DNA of 64,000 bases. Source: a virus (Duplodnaviria; Caudoviricetes). The position numbers were made by a program, and so were the translations under genes. This document shows, in pieces, positions 1 to 9,433 of the stretch. The stretch's first letter is position 1; every line of letters starts with the position of its first letter. The notes beneath the pieces were generated by a model. The model worked only from the letters and a program-made list of their open reading frames with translations, ran no database searches and was not told where the DNA came from. The DNA lies in the IMG/VR virus record IMGVR_UViG_3300020576_004326, positions 22,919 to 86,918 of that record. One strand, given 5' to 3'.

Positions 1-72
1 TCTCGCGCATGAAGATGGGCGACCTGCCGGCAGAACTCATGGCGATGGCTACGGCCAAGAAGGGAGGCAAGG

Positions 73-741
73 GTGAAGCCACCAAGAAGGGCGACAAGGG
101 CAGCGGCGGCAAGAGCCGCCCGCCGCGCGGACGCGACGCCGACGCCTCGTTCCAGATGTAAGTCTGTGGCGAAGCGCATACGACTTGGTCCCAAGGACCA
201 ACTGAAGCTGCAAGAGCTGGCCCTGCGCTCACGCCGGGGCCGGGTTCTGCTGCGTGAGAAGCCCGCAGCGGTAGACGCTCGCACCGCTCTCCGCAACAAG
301 AAAGCCCTCGCGAAGTACGAGAAGCACGTCGAGCACGTATACCAAGACGTGCTAGAGTCGGTGCTTCGCGCCGTCGCAACCGCACAGGCCGTGAGCGACG
401 TTAACGCCGCCCTAGAGAACGCGTTCGGCATGTCTGGAGTGTCGGTCGACGCCGGCCGCGTACAGGCCTCCGCACTCGAGGTACTGCAGGTAGAAATCGC
501 CGAGTCGCTCACTCGCAGGTCGACGGCCAGCGCGAAGTCTCGTCGCGAGCTAGTGTCGCGCATCGTCGCCCGCCTCGTACCCACGCGCGACGGCGCTCCC
601 TCTCCCACCTCGCACCCCGTGAAGGTCCCCACACGCGACGACCGCGTGGCAGACCTAGAGCGCGTCATATCGCGTGAGGTGAAGAGGTCTTTCCCGCCGC
701 CGAAGCGCGTAACCGAAACTAGGGTCCGCATCGATGAGTAG
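73..741 (+). CDS. hypothetical protein (basic N-terminus)
   Basis: ORF overlapping the next gene in a translationally coupled run upstream of terL; no recognisable motif. Confidence 0.5.
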   Translation: MKPPRRATRAAAARAARRADATPTPRSRCKSVAKRIRLGPKDQLKLQELALRSRRGRVLLREKPAAVDARTALRNKKALAKYEKHVEHVYQDVLESVLRAVATAQAVSDVNAALENAFGMSGVSVDAGRVQASALEVLQVEIAESLTRRSTASAKSRRELVSRIVARLVPTRDGAPSPTSHPVKVPTRDDRVADLERVISREVKRSFPPPKRVTETRVRIDE

Positions 742-1039
742 AGTTCTTCCTCCGATTCCGTCGGCGCTGCTGATTAGCTGCAAGCGTCCCTACCGCGGCC
801 CGATCGTGCCCGGCAGCATCTTCGCGTGGGAGCCCGACCTCCTGCACGCCCGTACGCTCTGCCTCGTCACCGACGTTCGCGACGGGCTAGTCTACAGCAC
901 CGACCTCGACTACTCGAAGGAGGTGCACAACGACGAGTCTCGTTTCAGGGAAGCGTGCGTCCCCACGCTGTTCCAGCCGTGGCCTACCGAGAAGCCCGCG
1001 GTGGGGTCTATCCCCGACTTCGCTAGGGATTTCGCATGA
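734..1039 (+). CDS. hypothetical protein
   Basis: Start overlaps the upstream stop; stop overlaps the terL start (ATGA). Confidence 0.55.
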   Translation: MSRVLPPIPSALLISCKRPYRGPIVPGSIFAWEPDLLHARTLCLVTDVRDGLVYSTDLDYSKEVHNDESRFREACVPTLFQPWPTEKPAVGSIPDFARDFA

Positions 1040-4000
1040 GCAATCACGAAGGCAGGGGGTCGCCCGTAGACGCGACGGCCGAGACTAACTGCGGCAAGTG
1101 CGAGCTGCGCGACAAGTGCAGAGACTCGCGCAAGAGCAAGCGCTTCGCATGCACGTTCTTCGTGTTCGAAGAAGACTCGAAGAAGCTAGACGCCTCGAGC
1201 CGCGCCTTCCGCAAGATGATGCGCGAGCTAGTATCGTCGGAGACGGTGCTGTCGGACACGTACAACATCGACGACCGCGACCTCCCGCTCGCTCCGAACT
1301 ACTACCAGTGGTGCGTCGGCGAGAAGTACCTCGCCGCCAGCCCGCCGCCCTACCCGTGGCAGCTGGAGGTGGGCCTCCACCTCTTCAACGACGTGTGCCC
1401 TAACCCGAAGTGCACCGACAAGCGGTGGTACACCGAGATACCGCACGATTGCGACGTGCGCGAGATACCCGAGCGCATGTCTCTGCGCCGTCGCGGCGTC
1501 TGTCCGAAGTGCAAGAAGACGCGCCTCGACTACATAAACGAGGGCGTCGAGAAAGATTACAACTCGTATGTGGGTACCGTGGGCCAGCGGTGCGTGACGG
1601 GAGACACGCTGGTAACCACCACGCGCGGCATCACTCGCATATCCGACTGGGCTCGCGGACTTGCTCCGGGGTGGCACGAGGGGCCCTTTTTCCGTCGCGG
1701 TAGGAAGCATTCGCTGTCTGTTATCGGCGAGAACGGCAATACCCTTAGGGTATCGCGCATCTGGGTTTCTAAGCCAGAGCGCGTTCACCGCGTCACCGTA
1801 CGCGGCGGACTAGAGATAACGGGAACGGGCGACCACCCTATCATGATGCACTCCGGCTGGAAGAAGCTGAGAGACGTTCGTGCGGGAGACGTCGTTCCCG
1901 TATACTACGGCCAACGCGTGTGGGGGTCGGATAGGAAGCTGACGCCTGATCGCGCCCGGTTCTTGGGCTTCTGGGTGTCGGAAGGGTCTGGTAGCAAGAA
2001 GTCTGTACACGTCACCAACTACGACGACGAAGTGCGTGCGCTCTGTCGCGCCGAGATGGTCAGCCTGTCTCCGGGTGCAGAGATCGTCGAGCGCGCACGA
2101 GGAGGCGTCGATCCCTCTCTTGGCCTCAAGCGCTGCGTAGGCTCGAAGGACAAGCTGCTCTACGCTAGAGTCGACAAGCTAGTGGACGGGCTGTGGCGCA
2201 AGAGTGCCGACAAGGTTATACCGCGCTCCGTACTAGAGAGCCCGGAGCACGTAGTCGCGGCGTTTCTGCAGGCGCTGTTCGAGGGAGACGGCTACGCGGG
2301 TAAGCGCGGCGTAGGATATGCCTCACTCAGCAAGAAGCTAGTGATGCAGATCAAGGTGGTGCTCGCCAACATGGGCATCGTCACGAACATTCGCAAGCGC
2401 ATGTCGTGGGCCACCAACGGCACGCCCGCTCAAGTCTCCAAGCCCTACTGGTCGCTCGGTATCAGCGGACCCGCACTAGTCGCGTTCGAGGAGAGGGTAG
2501 GTTTCTTCTCGGAGCGCAAACGGGCGGCGCTGCGTCGCGCCGTCGAGCGCTTCGTCAGTCGCGAGAGTGACGTGCCCTACTGGTACGATCGGTACCCGGA
2601 GGAGATAAAGCGCGCGTACCTCGAACTGGTAGCCCGCATAGATGCAGAGTGGTCGAAGTACGAGTCTGTAGGAACCCGCGGCTACACGAACGGCTGGGTG
2701 AGGTTCCGCTACGAGGTAGCAGACTGGCGTCGCCTCGAGTCGGAAAACGTATGCCTGTCCCGCAGCCGTCTACGACGCTACTGGAATAAGCTGCGCGCGT
2801 CTTCTCGCTGGTACGACTTGTCGCCTCCTCTCCGGGCAGACCTGCTAGCGTTCCACGACGTGTACCTGCAGAGCAACTGCTACTGGACGGTAGTTAAGAA
2901 GACTGCCGTCAGCAAGAAGGCACGCAAGACCTACGACTTCTGCGTGCCCGAGCACCACAAGTTCATGGCCAACGGCCTGCTCAATCACAACAGCGGCAAG
3001 TGCATGTCGGGCTCCACGCTCGTCGCCACCGAGCGCGGCCTCGTACCCATACGCGAGGTAGAGGCCGGCGACTTCGTAGTGGTCGAGGGACGCGCGCACC
3101 GCGTGCTCGGTAAGGTGGCGTCGGGCACCAAGCCCGTGATCGAACTACGCACCAAGCGCGGCATCGTGCTCAAGCTGACTCCCGACCACAAGGTACTGGG
3201 GCCCGGAGGGTGGGTCGAGGCGAGAAACGCTAGGTCGGTGATGATCTGCGCGTCTTCTCTGCCCTGGGGCATCGAGACGTCTCTCCCTCCTGTAGACCGC
3301 AAAGAGAAGACGCTGGCCTGTGCGCTCACGCGCCTCACGCAGGAGGCGGCGCGATCCACCGTCCAGTCGATGGTCACCGAGTACTCGGTGTCGGGCACAG
3401 ACCTAGTGCTCAAGACGCGAGACTACCGCGTCGCGTCCGCCCTGCAGCAGTTCCTGCTTACGAAGAACGTGATCGTGCGCCGCGCCGTAGACCGCCTCGT
3501 GCTGTCGTCGCCGTGGGCGGCGCGCTACGCGGACCAGTTCGGCATCCCCGACCCTCGCGTCGAGTACGTGATCCGCAACGCCCCGTCCGACTACGAGTCG
3601 GTGCTGAGCAGGGCCACGTGCGAGTCGCTGTATAACACGCTGCAGACGGTCGAGGTAGTAGACCAGTGGCACGACCCCAGCACGCTGCGCACCGCCTCCG
3701 AGTATCGCAACATCTGCATGGCCGGAGAGCTCACGCGCTCGGACGCAGACGCGTGCGCCGACGCCTACGAGAAGCTGCAGCCGAAGGATGCCTTCCTACG
3801 CTTCTTGGCCGTGCAGCGCCTGCGCGCCTGCGCTCGCGCCGAAGTAGACTACGACGAGGTCGTATCTAAGGCGCCCGCCGGGCGTGAGCAGGTGTACGAC
3901 ATAGAGGTCGAAGACGTGCATCGCTTCGTCGCTAACGGCGCGGTCGTGCACAACTCGTCGGGCCTGGGGTTCATCTGGTCGTACCACACGCACACCCTGA

Positions 4001-4446
4001 TCAAGCTCAAGAACCCCAGCGCGTTCTACGGAATCAAGGCGGGCACGATCCTGCACATGAACATGATCGGCCTCACCTACACGGGCGTCAAGCAGGCCGT
4101 GTGGGACCCGTTCATGACGACGATGTCGGAGGCCCCCTGGTTCAAGTGTATAGCAGAAGGTGAACAAGTTCGCATGGCCGACGGCTCCTTGCGATCTATA
4201 CAGAACGTCCGATGCGGCGAGCGCGTTCGCACACTTGAGGGAGATTCGACAGTGGACGGTGTATTCGATAACGGTCTCAGACGTATAGTGGAGATGGAGC
4301 TGTCTAGCGGACATAAGTTGCGATTAACTGAGGATCATAAAGTTCGCTGTGTAGTTGGAGGCGAGCTTGTATGGCTACCAATTTCTAGTGTAAATGAAGA
4401 TATGATGGTAGTCATCGAAAATGAAACTGACACCGACTCACCGTAG
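1036..4446 (+). CDS. terL: terminase large subunit, N-terminal part (two cis inteins plus a split-intein N-fragment)
   Basis: Removing the inteins gives Walker A VGQR-SGK-SS; the ORF ends in an intein N-domain. Confidence 0.85.
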   Translation: MSNHEGRGSPVDATAETNCGKCELRDKCRDSRKSKRFACTFFVFEEDSKKLDASSRAFRKMMRELVSSETVLSDTYNIDDRDLPLAPNYYQWCVGEKYLAASPPPYPWQLEVGLHLFNDVCPNPKCTDKRWYTEIPHDCDVREIPERMSLRRRGVCPKCKKTRLDYINEGVEKDYNSYVGTVGQRCVTGDTLVTTTRGITRISDWARGLAPGWHEGPFFRRGRKHSLSVIGENGNTLRVSRIWVSKPERVHRVTVRGGLEITGTGDHPIMMHSGWKKLRDVRAGDVVPVYYGQRVWGSDRKLTPDRARFLGFWVSEGSGSKKSVHVTNYDDEVRALCRAEMVSLSPGAEIVERARGGVDPSLGLKRCVGSKDKLLYARVDKLVDGLWRKSADKVIPRSVLESPEHVVAAFLQALFEGDGYAGKRGVGYASLSKKLVMQIKVVLANMGIVTNIRKRMSWATNGTPAQVSKPYWSLGISGPALVAFEERVGFFSERKRAALRRAVERFVSRESDVPYWYDRYPEEIKRAYLELVARIDAEWSKYESVGTRGYTNGWVRFRYEVADWRRLESENVCLSRSRLRRYWNKLRASSRWYDLSPPLRADLLAFHDVYLQSNCYWTVVKKTAVSKKARKTYDFCVPEHHKFMANGLLNHNSGKCMSGSTLVATERGLVPIREVEAGDFVVVEGRAHRVLGKVASGTKPVIELRTKRGIVLKLTPDHKVLGPGGWVEARNARSVMICASSLPWGIETSLPPVDRKEKTLACALTRLTQEAARSTVQSMVTEYSVSGTDLVLKTRDYRVASALQQFLLTKNVIVRRAVDRLVLSSPWAARYADQFGIPDPRVEYVIRNAPSDYESVLSRATCESLYNTLQTVEVVDQWHDPSTLRTASEYRNICMAGELTRSDADACADAYEKLQPKDAFLRFLAVQRLRACARAEVDYDEVVSKAPAGREQVYDIEVEDVHRFVANGAVVHNSSGLGFIWSYHTHTLIKLKNPSAFYGIKAGTILHMNMIGLTYTGVKQAVWDPFMTTMSEAPWFKCIAEGEQVRMADGSLRSIQNVRCGERVRTLEGDSTVDGVFDNGLRRIVEMELSSGHKLRLTEDHKVRCVVGGELVWLPISSVNEDMMVVIENETDTDSP
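1591..2991 (+). mobile_element. intein 1 in terL with LAGLIDADG endonuclease (467 aa)
   Basis: Starts CVTGDT, block B TGDHP, LAGLIDADG-like FLGFWVSEG and FLQALFEGDG, ends YDFCVPEHHKFMANGLLNHN|S. Confidence 0.92.
3001..3954 (+). mobile_element. intein 2 in terL (318 aa, degenerate endonuclease region)
   Basis: Starts CMSGST, block B TPDHKV, ends VYDIEVEDVHRFVANGAVVHN|S. Confidence 0.9.
4147..4443 (+). mobile_element. split intein N-fragment (IntN, 99 aa)
   Basis: CIAEGEQV...LTEDHKV...W, followed by TAG at 4444-4446. Confidence 0.8.
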
Positions 4447-4621
4447 GCAGCGGATACTAGAAACCTTGCGATTAGCCAAAAAACACGGCTGCTAATCGAA
4501 GTCAAGAGTTGGTACACGTACAAGTGTTCCTACGAGCTTAATAGAACAAAGCGGCGCGCGGCAAAGCGCGCCGGTTTTCGCTTCATGTTTCTAGTCATGA
4601 ACAGAGATGGAACGCGCAGAG
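4447..4621 (+). pseudogene. remnant of a PD-(D/E)xK homing endonuclease between IntN and IntC
   Basis: Frame-1 translation LLIEVKSWYT...KRRAAKRAGFRFMFLVMNRDG resembles the C-terminus of ORF 62453-63688 (IYEVKSTWT...KAKACRLAGFRFVCVVLDKKG); no start codon or N-terminal part. Confidence 0.7.
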
Positions 4622-4765
4622 ATGTCTCTAGTAAAATTGAAGGACGGAAGCAGCGTATCCGTCGCCCGTCTATCGAGAAAGACTCTCGTAGGAGAAGCGC
4701 GAGTTTTTGATATAGAGGTTCGAGATCACCATAACTTTTATGCGGGTGGTATCAACGTACACAAC
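4622..4765 (+). mobile_element. split intein C-fragment (IntC, about 48 aa)
   Basis: MSLVKL...VFDIEVRDHHNFYAGGINVHN followed by Cys+1. Confidence 0.8.
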
Positions 4766-6157
4766 TGCTACCACTCGATCCTAGACGACGCCGCTCGGCG
4801 CCTGGGCGAAGATGAGCTGTACCGCATCAAAGACGGCTTCGTCTTCTACAAGCCCCCGGCCCTGTGGCTCTCGCCGTCGTCTCCCTCTCGCCGTAACCTC
4901 CGCGGCCGAACTCGCGTGTTCGCGGGCGTAGACGAAATGGGCCACTTCTCCGAGAGCACCGACAAGGTGAACATATCGGGCCTCGAGGTTTGGCGTGCTC
5001 TCACCCGCTCGCTGTCGACCGTGCGACCCGCCGTGCGCCGCCTGCGCAAGAAGGGCGTCGTCAACGTGCCGCCCGCCATCGCCGTGTCGATCTCGTCCCC
5101 CTGGGAGGTGAGCGATCCGCAGATGCAGCTCTACAACGCCGCGGAGCGCCAGGGCAGCACCTACGCCATGATGCGCCCGACCTGGGAAGCCAACCCCGAC
5201 ATCACGTTCGAAGACTTGGCCGACGAGTTCGCGCTCGATCCGGCTACCGCCTGGCGCGACTACGGCTGCCGCCCGCCCTACTCCGCCGCGTCGTTCGTCA
5301 ACGGCCTAGACCCGTTCAAGCGGTGCATCGATCGCACGCTGCGCAACGCCGTCGCCCAGCGTACCGTAGTCGTTCGACCCAAGTCGAAGAAGGAGGCCAA
5401 GAAGCTGCGCGGCATCTCGGTGTCGGCGAAGCTCAAGTTCAGGTGGGAAGACGACTCGGTCCCGAAGATCATGGCGCTCGACGCCGGCAAGCACAAGAAC
5501 GCCTTCGCGGTGTGCGTCGCGCACATCGACTCGGAGGGGCGCCTGGCCTACGACGCCTTCGTGGAGGTGCGCCCGCGGCACAACAAGCCCGTGTCGTTCA
5601 CCCGCGTGTACGAGAAGGTGCTGCTGCCGCTAGCCAAGCGCATGAACGTAGTCGTCACGATCTCGGATCGGTGGCAGCAGGAGACTATCGTAGAGAAGCT
5701 GTCGGAGGACGCCGACACGGAGCACTTCAACCATCGCCTGACGTACGGAGAGTTTCAGGCGTGGCGCGACGACCTGATCCACGAGCAGCTCGTGCTCCCG
5801 AAGCCCGAGAAGAAGGTGAAAGAGATTCTGCACGTCGAGGGTCCCGAAGAGTCGGCGTTCGACGACTGCCCCGTGTCTCAGTTCATTCGCCAGAGCATAC
5901 GCGTCGTAGACGTTCCCGGCAAGACGGTAGACAAGCCGGCGGTAGGCAACGACGACGTGTTCCGCACGGGCGTGCTGGCTCACGCCGGTGCCCAGCTCCC
6001 CGAGATAATCGAGCTACTCACGCAGGGTGAGGTGGGCCGTAAGGCCGTCGGGGGCATCGGCGCGGTGGCCACCGTAACAGGCGGCGGCAGCTCGCTCACC
6101 GTCGCGAAGGGCATCGGGGTGGCGGCCAAGGGCTCGGTGGGCGCCGTGGCGCGCTGA
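4622..6157 (+). CDS. terL: terminase large subunit, C-terminal part (IntC, Walker B and RNase H-like nuclease)
   Basis: IntC ending HN|C; Walker B FAGVDEMG; nuclease motifs IMALDAG, DRWQ, NDDVFR. Start could be 4607 or 4622. Confidence 0.85.
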   Translation: MSLVKLKDGSSVSVARLSRKTLVGEARVFDIEVRDHHNFYAGGINVHNCYHSILDDAARRLGEDELYRIKDGFVFYKPPALWLSPSSPSRRNLRGRTRVFAGVDEMGHFSESTDKVNISGLEVWRALTRSLSTVRPAVRRLRKKGVVNVPPAIAVSISSPWEVSDPQMQLYNAAERQGSTYAMMRPTWEANPDITFEDLADEFALDPATAWRDYGCRPPYSAASFVNGLDPFKRCIDRTLRNAVAQRTVVVRPKSKKEAKKLRGISVSAKLKFRWEDDSVPKIMALDAGKHKNAFAVCVAHIDSEGRLAYDAFVEVRPRHNKPVSFTRVYEKVLLPLAKRMNVVVTISDRWQQETIVEKLSEDADTEHFNHRLTYGEFQAWRDDLIHEQLVLPKPEKKVKEILHVEGPEESAFDDCPVSQFIRQSIRVVDVPGKTVDKPAVGNDDVFRTGVLAHAGAQLPEIIELLTQGEVGRKAVGGIGAVATVTGGGSSLTVAKGIGVAAKGSVGAVAR

Positions 6158-6277
6158 GGCGCTTCACCCTCGCGGCTATCGCAGAAGACGTCGTGCTCGG
6201 GGCGCTCAACCCCGAGCATTTTCGCGTCTTCTTAGGACGAGTAAATATATTTCGTTCTCTAGCAAGGGCGGTGTCAT

Positions 6278-7018
6278 ATGCGCTTCGAAGTTCAACCCGG
6301 GGATCGCTTTGGTGATATTATAGTCTTGCAAGAACTTTCACACTACGTTTCTCCAAAGGGGTCGATCAAGCGAAGGTTCCGTTGCCGATGTCGATGTGGG
6401 TTTACTGACGAGTACCTTCTACCTCATATAAGAAAAGGAAAAATGCGTGCCCATGCTTGTAGGATCACCGGATCTGACCGAGCGTATAACCGACACGGAC
6501 TGAGTAAGCACCGCCTGTACACCGTATGGAAAGATATGATCCGGCGATGCTATAATGATAAGCATCCTCGGTACGCAGATTACGGCGGCCGCGGAATTAG
6601 GGTCTGCAAGTCGTGGCGAAGATCGGTTGCAGAGTTTATAAACTGGGAAGAATCGCTTCCTCAAAAGACGCGCTGGTCTGCAGGCAAGAGCTTGGATCGT
6701 ATCGACAACGATGGCGACTACTCTCCGAATAATTGTCGGTGGGCTACTGCTCTGGAGCAAGCTAATAACCAGCGACCGAAGCGACCAAGAGATCCTAAAT
6801 CTTTCTCTGGAGGTCGTAGTCCTTATCTCTTGGTTACTTATAAAGGCCGACGCCTGTTGGCCACAGATTTGTACGAGATGTACGAATCTTCGGGTGCTCT
6901 GGGTATGGGAGTTACCTACGACACCTTCCTTCGCCGCATACGGGAAGGCCTCAAGCCCAGAGTTGCGCTTACCCGGCCCAGATACGCTAGAAATACTACA
7001 AAAACGGGGCATTCTTAG
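6278..7018 (+). CDS. free-standing HNH homing endonuclease
   Basis: YGGRGIRVCKSW and LDRIDNDGDYSPNNCRW motifs, CRCRCG N-terminus, AT-richer than flanks. Confidence 0.85.
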   Translation: MRFEVQPGDRFGDIIVLQELSHYVSPKGSIKRRFRCRCRCGFTDEYLLPHIRKGKMRAHACRITGSDRAYNRHGLSKHRLYTVWKDMIRRCYNDKHPRYADYGGRGIRVCKSWRRSVAEFINWEESLPQKTRWSAGKSLDRIDNDGDYSPNNCRWATALEQANNQRPKRPRDPKSFSGGRSPYLLVTYKGRRLLATDLYEMYESSGALGMGVTYDTFLRRIREGLKPRVALTRPRYARNTTKTGHS

Positions 7019-7044
7019 CCGTTCGCCTTTCGTTCTCCCTCGCC

Positions 7045-7073
7045 TTTACAGGGGGCTAGAACGGTGCTATACT
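7045..7073 (+). promoter_or_regulatory. sigma70-type promoter
   Basis: TTTACA-N17-TATACT in intergenic DNA upstream of a run of small genes. Confidence 0.7.
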
Positions 7074-7148
7074 AGAGACGCGAGCGATTCGCTCGCCGGG
7101 GGCGATTCGTCGTCACCGCATTTCGACGGACTTTCAAGGAGCATTTCG

Positions 7149-7364
7149 ATGATCGAAGCGATGAGCAAGACGCAAGTCGGCGTGTGGGACTACGCTCGGC
7201 AGAAGTTTATCGAGTTCGTGCCCTGCCCGGGCGAGAAGCGCGTGCGTATCGACGTGTACGACTCGCTCGACAACTACGGAGTCTTCGCGGGCACCTACCA
7301 GGGCCGCACGTTCGTGCCCACCGACGGCAAGCAGCTGTCCGACTGGCAGATCGACCTCACCTGA
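7149..7364 (+). CDS. small hypothetical protein
   Basis: AAGGAG RBS then ATG; GC3-rich codons. Confidence 0.6.
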   Translation: MIEAMSKTQVGVWDYARQKFIEFVPCPGEKRVRIDVYDSLDNYGVFAGTYQGRTFVPTDGKQLSDWQIDLT

Positions 7365-7375
7365 AGGAGAACGAC

Positions 7376-7639
7376 GTGCGCCAGAAGCAGTACCGCGGCA
7401 GGCAGCAGGCCGGCCGCATCGTGGTGGTCCAGATATCTAGAGAGGTCCACGAGCGCATACGCGAACTCGCGGCCCAGCGGCAAGAGCGCATAGGGGTGCT
7501 GTCTACGCGCCTGATGGACTTCGCCCTCGACAACTACCCCGCCGCCGACCTCGCGGCGAAGGAGAAATCGGGTTCGCAGTTCGACGAACTCGAACGGCGG
7601 GTCGCCGCCCTCGAAGCTCGCTTCGCCGAGCAGCGCTGA
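7376..7639 (+). CDS. putative ribbon-helix-helix DNA-binding protein
   Basis: AAGGAG RBS, GTG start; VVVQISREVHERIRELAAQ pattern. Confidence 0.4.
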   Translation: MRQKQYRGRQQAGRIVVVQISREVHERIRELAAQRQERIGVLSTRLMDFALDNYPAADLAAKEKSGSQFDELERRVAALEARFAEQR

Positions 7640-7716
7640 CTACCAGAGGGCGCACGCGCCCTCTGCATTTCGATCTTTTCACCCGATCGCAGAGCGATCA
7701 CATTCGGAGAAGTACC

Positions 7717-8421
7717 ATGTTCACTTTCGGAAAAGAAGCCGACCTCCACTTCGCTGCCGCCGACGGCTCGCAGCTCGTCGCCGTCACCGAGAACGGCCAC
7801 CTGCGCCTCTGCGTCGGCGACGCCCGCGGAAACTACGCAGAGTTCGTGCTCGCGCCGTCGCGCGAGAAGGCAGACGCGACGGTGGGCACGTCGAACGACC
7901 CGCAGTTCACTCTCCTCCAGTGCCTGTCGGCCGCGGTCGAGCACGCCGCCGCAACCGCTCGCCGTCTGCGGGCCGGCGAGGTCGAGGGCGTTCTCAAGTT
8001 CTCGCCGCCCGCGGCGCCAGGCCTTGACCACATCCGCGAAGATCGGCCGCGCCGGCAGGTCAGCGCGCAGGCATTCGAGATGCAGGCCGCACGCGCGGTG
8101 CGCTACCAGCGCGACAAGCGCATTCGCGAGGGCGGCAAGTTCGTGCTGTTCGCCGACGAGAACGACACGAGCGCTACGGCGGACAGCCTCCGCAGCGACT
8201 TCACGATCCCGATCGCGATGAGCGAGCGCGGCGCTCTGGTGACGGCGGTGCGACGCGCCAATCTCAATCGCGGCAGCCGGCCGAACGAACTCTGGTCGAA
8301 CCGCCCCGACGGCGCGTGGCTGACCGAAGACTTCACCGTCACGGTGAACGAAGCCGGCCACTACGTCGTCGCGGTCGACCCCAATCGTGCGCGTGAGACT
8401 TCGATGGCTCGCAGCGCCTGA
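7717..8421 (+). CDS. hypothetical protein
   Basis: GGAGA RBS; strong GC3 codon bias; followed by a hairpin. Confidence 0.65.
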   Translation: MFTFGKEADLHFAAADGSQLVAVTENGHLRLCVGDARGNYAEFVLAPSREKADATVGTSNDPQFTLLQCLSAAVEHAAATARRLRAGEVEGVLKFSPPAAPGLDHIREDRPRRQVSAQAFEMQAARAVRYQRDKRIREGGKFVLFADENDTSATADSLRSDFTIPIAMSERGALVTAVRRANLNRGSRPNELWSNRPDGAWLTEDFTVTVNEAGHYVVAVDPNRARETSMARSA

Positions 8422-8430
8422 CGCCAACCT

Positions 8431-8459
8431 GCGGTGGCGGGGAGACTCTCCGCCACCGC
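8431..8459 (+). terminator. GC-rich hairpin, terminator-like
   Basis: GCGGTGGCGG/CCGCCACCGC inverted repeat after the 8421 stop. Confidence 0.45.
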
Positions 8460-8480
8460 TCTCTACAGAGAGGTACTTCG

Positions 8481-9146
8481 ATGCCCTACACGAACCACAC
8501 GCTGCTTCTCCGCGACTGCACCACCCGCACTTCGGGTAACGGTATGTGGAGCAACCACGCGCGACCCGTAACGATCACCAAGCTCGAACTCGAAGGAGAC
8601 TTCGAGGCGGGGTTCGATCCGAACTTCGGCCTGTCGGCCGTGTTCCCCCGTCGACAGTGGGACGTCGACAAGCACGGCCTGATCTACGCCGACGTCGCCT
8701 GGCTCGCGCAGTTCCGCGAGCGCCTCGTCGAGGCGGGCTTCTCGGCTGATGCCGTCGCCAGCCTGCAGTTCACGGAACACGGCATGCAGGGACGAGACTA
8801 CGTGTCCCTCGAATGCGGCGAGCAGTTCGCCGTCGAGTTCTACGCCTCTCGCGAGTGCTACGCCAAGCGCGGACGCGGCGAGCTGCCGTTCTTCCTCAAG
8901 GAGAAGATCGCGAAGCTGCGCGCTAACGACGTGACGTTCTCGCCTGCATTCGCGGGCTGGATAAACAACCTCTCCCAGTCGGTCGCGACCGACATGGTTG
9001 AGGGCCGCGACGACGCCGACTGCGTCGCGGAGCAGGTGCTCACCTGCATCGACAAGAGGTTCGCGCGCGAGCACGCGGCTCTCAAGCGCAAGCACGGGTA
9101 CATGGCGGTGAACGCAGCCGCCGCCCGCATCGTAGCCACCTACTGA
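8481..9146 (+). CDS. hypothetical protein
   Basis: GAGG RBS plus TACTTCG-ATG; GC3 bias. Confidence 0.65.
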   Translation: MPYTNHTLLLRDCTTRTSGNGMWSNHARPVTITKLELEGDFEAGFDPNFGLSAVFPRRQWDVDKHGLIYADVAWLAQFRERLVEAGFSADAVASLQFTEHGMQGRDYVSLECGEQFAVEFYASRECYAKRGRGELPFFLKEKIAKLRANDVTFSPAFAGWINNLSQSVATDMVEGRDDADCVAEQVLTCIDKRFAREHAALKRKHGYMAVNAAAARIVATY

Positions 9147-9157
9147 GGAATACTTCG

Positions 9158-9421
9158 ATGACCCAACTCGGAAAAGCAATCTCGATACTCGTGAGCGCCG
9201 AGCGCATCGAGCGCGACATGCACGACGACGTAGACGCGTGGGGCGCGCCCGGCGAGTGCCACGACCTCGTCGCTCGCGGCGAAGGGAAGCGCCTGCGCCA
9301 CGCCCGCCGTCGGGCACTCCACGCCGCCGGCGTGAACAGCATGCGGGTTCTGAGAGCCCGTGTCCGTCGCGTCTGCACCGACGCGTACTTCTACAAGCGT
9401 TACGGCTACGTGCCCTACTGA
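9158..9421 (+). CDS. hypothetical protein
   Basis: GAGG RBS plus TACTTCG-ATG. Confidence 0.6.
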   Translation: MTQLGKAISILVSAERIERDMHDDVDAWGAPGECHDLVARGEGKRLRHARRRALHAAGVNSMRVLRARVRRVCTDAYFYKRYGYVPY

Positions 9422-9433
9422 GGAGAGAAGACT

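Noticed and set aside
4444-4446. Genome-wide TAG recoding to explain the terL stop
   Set aside because: TAG ends genes at their expected C-termini (dcd, thyA), and read-through would still leave IntC out of frame.
6158-7044. Gene-end duplication around the HNH at 6278
   Set aside because: I found no second copy of the terL tail or of a downstream gene start, so it appears to be a plain intergenic insertion.
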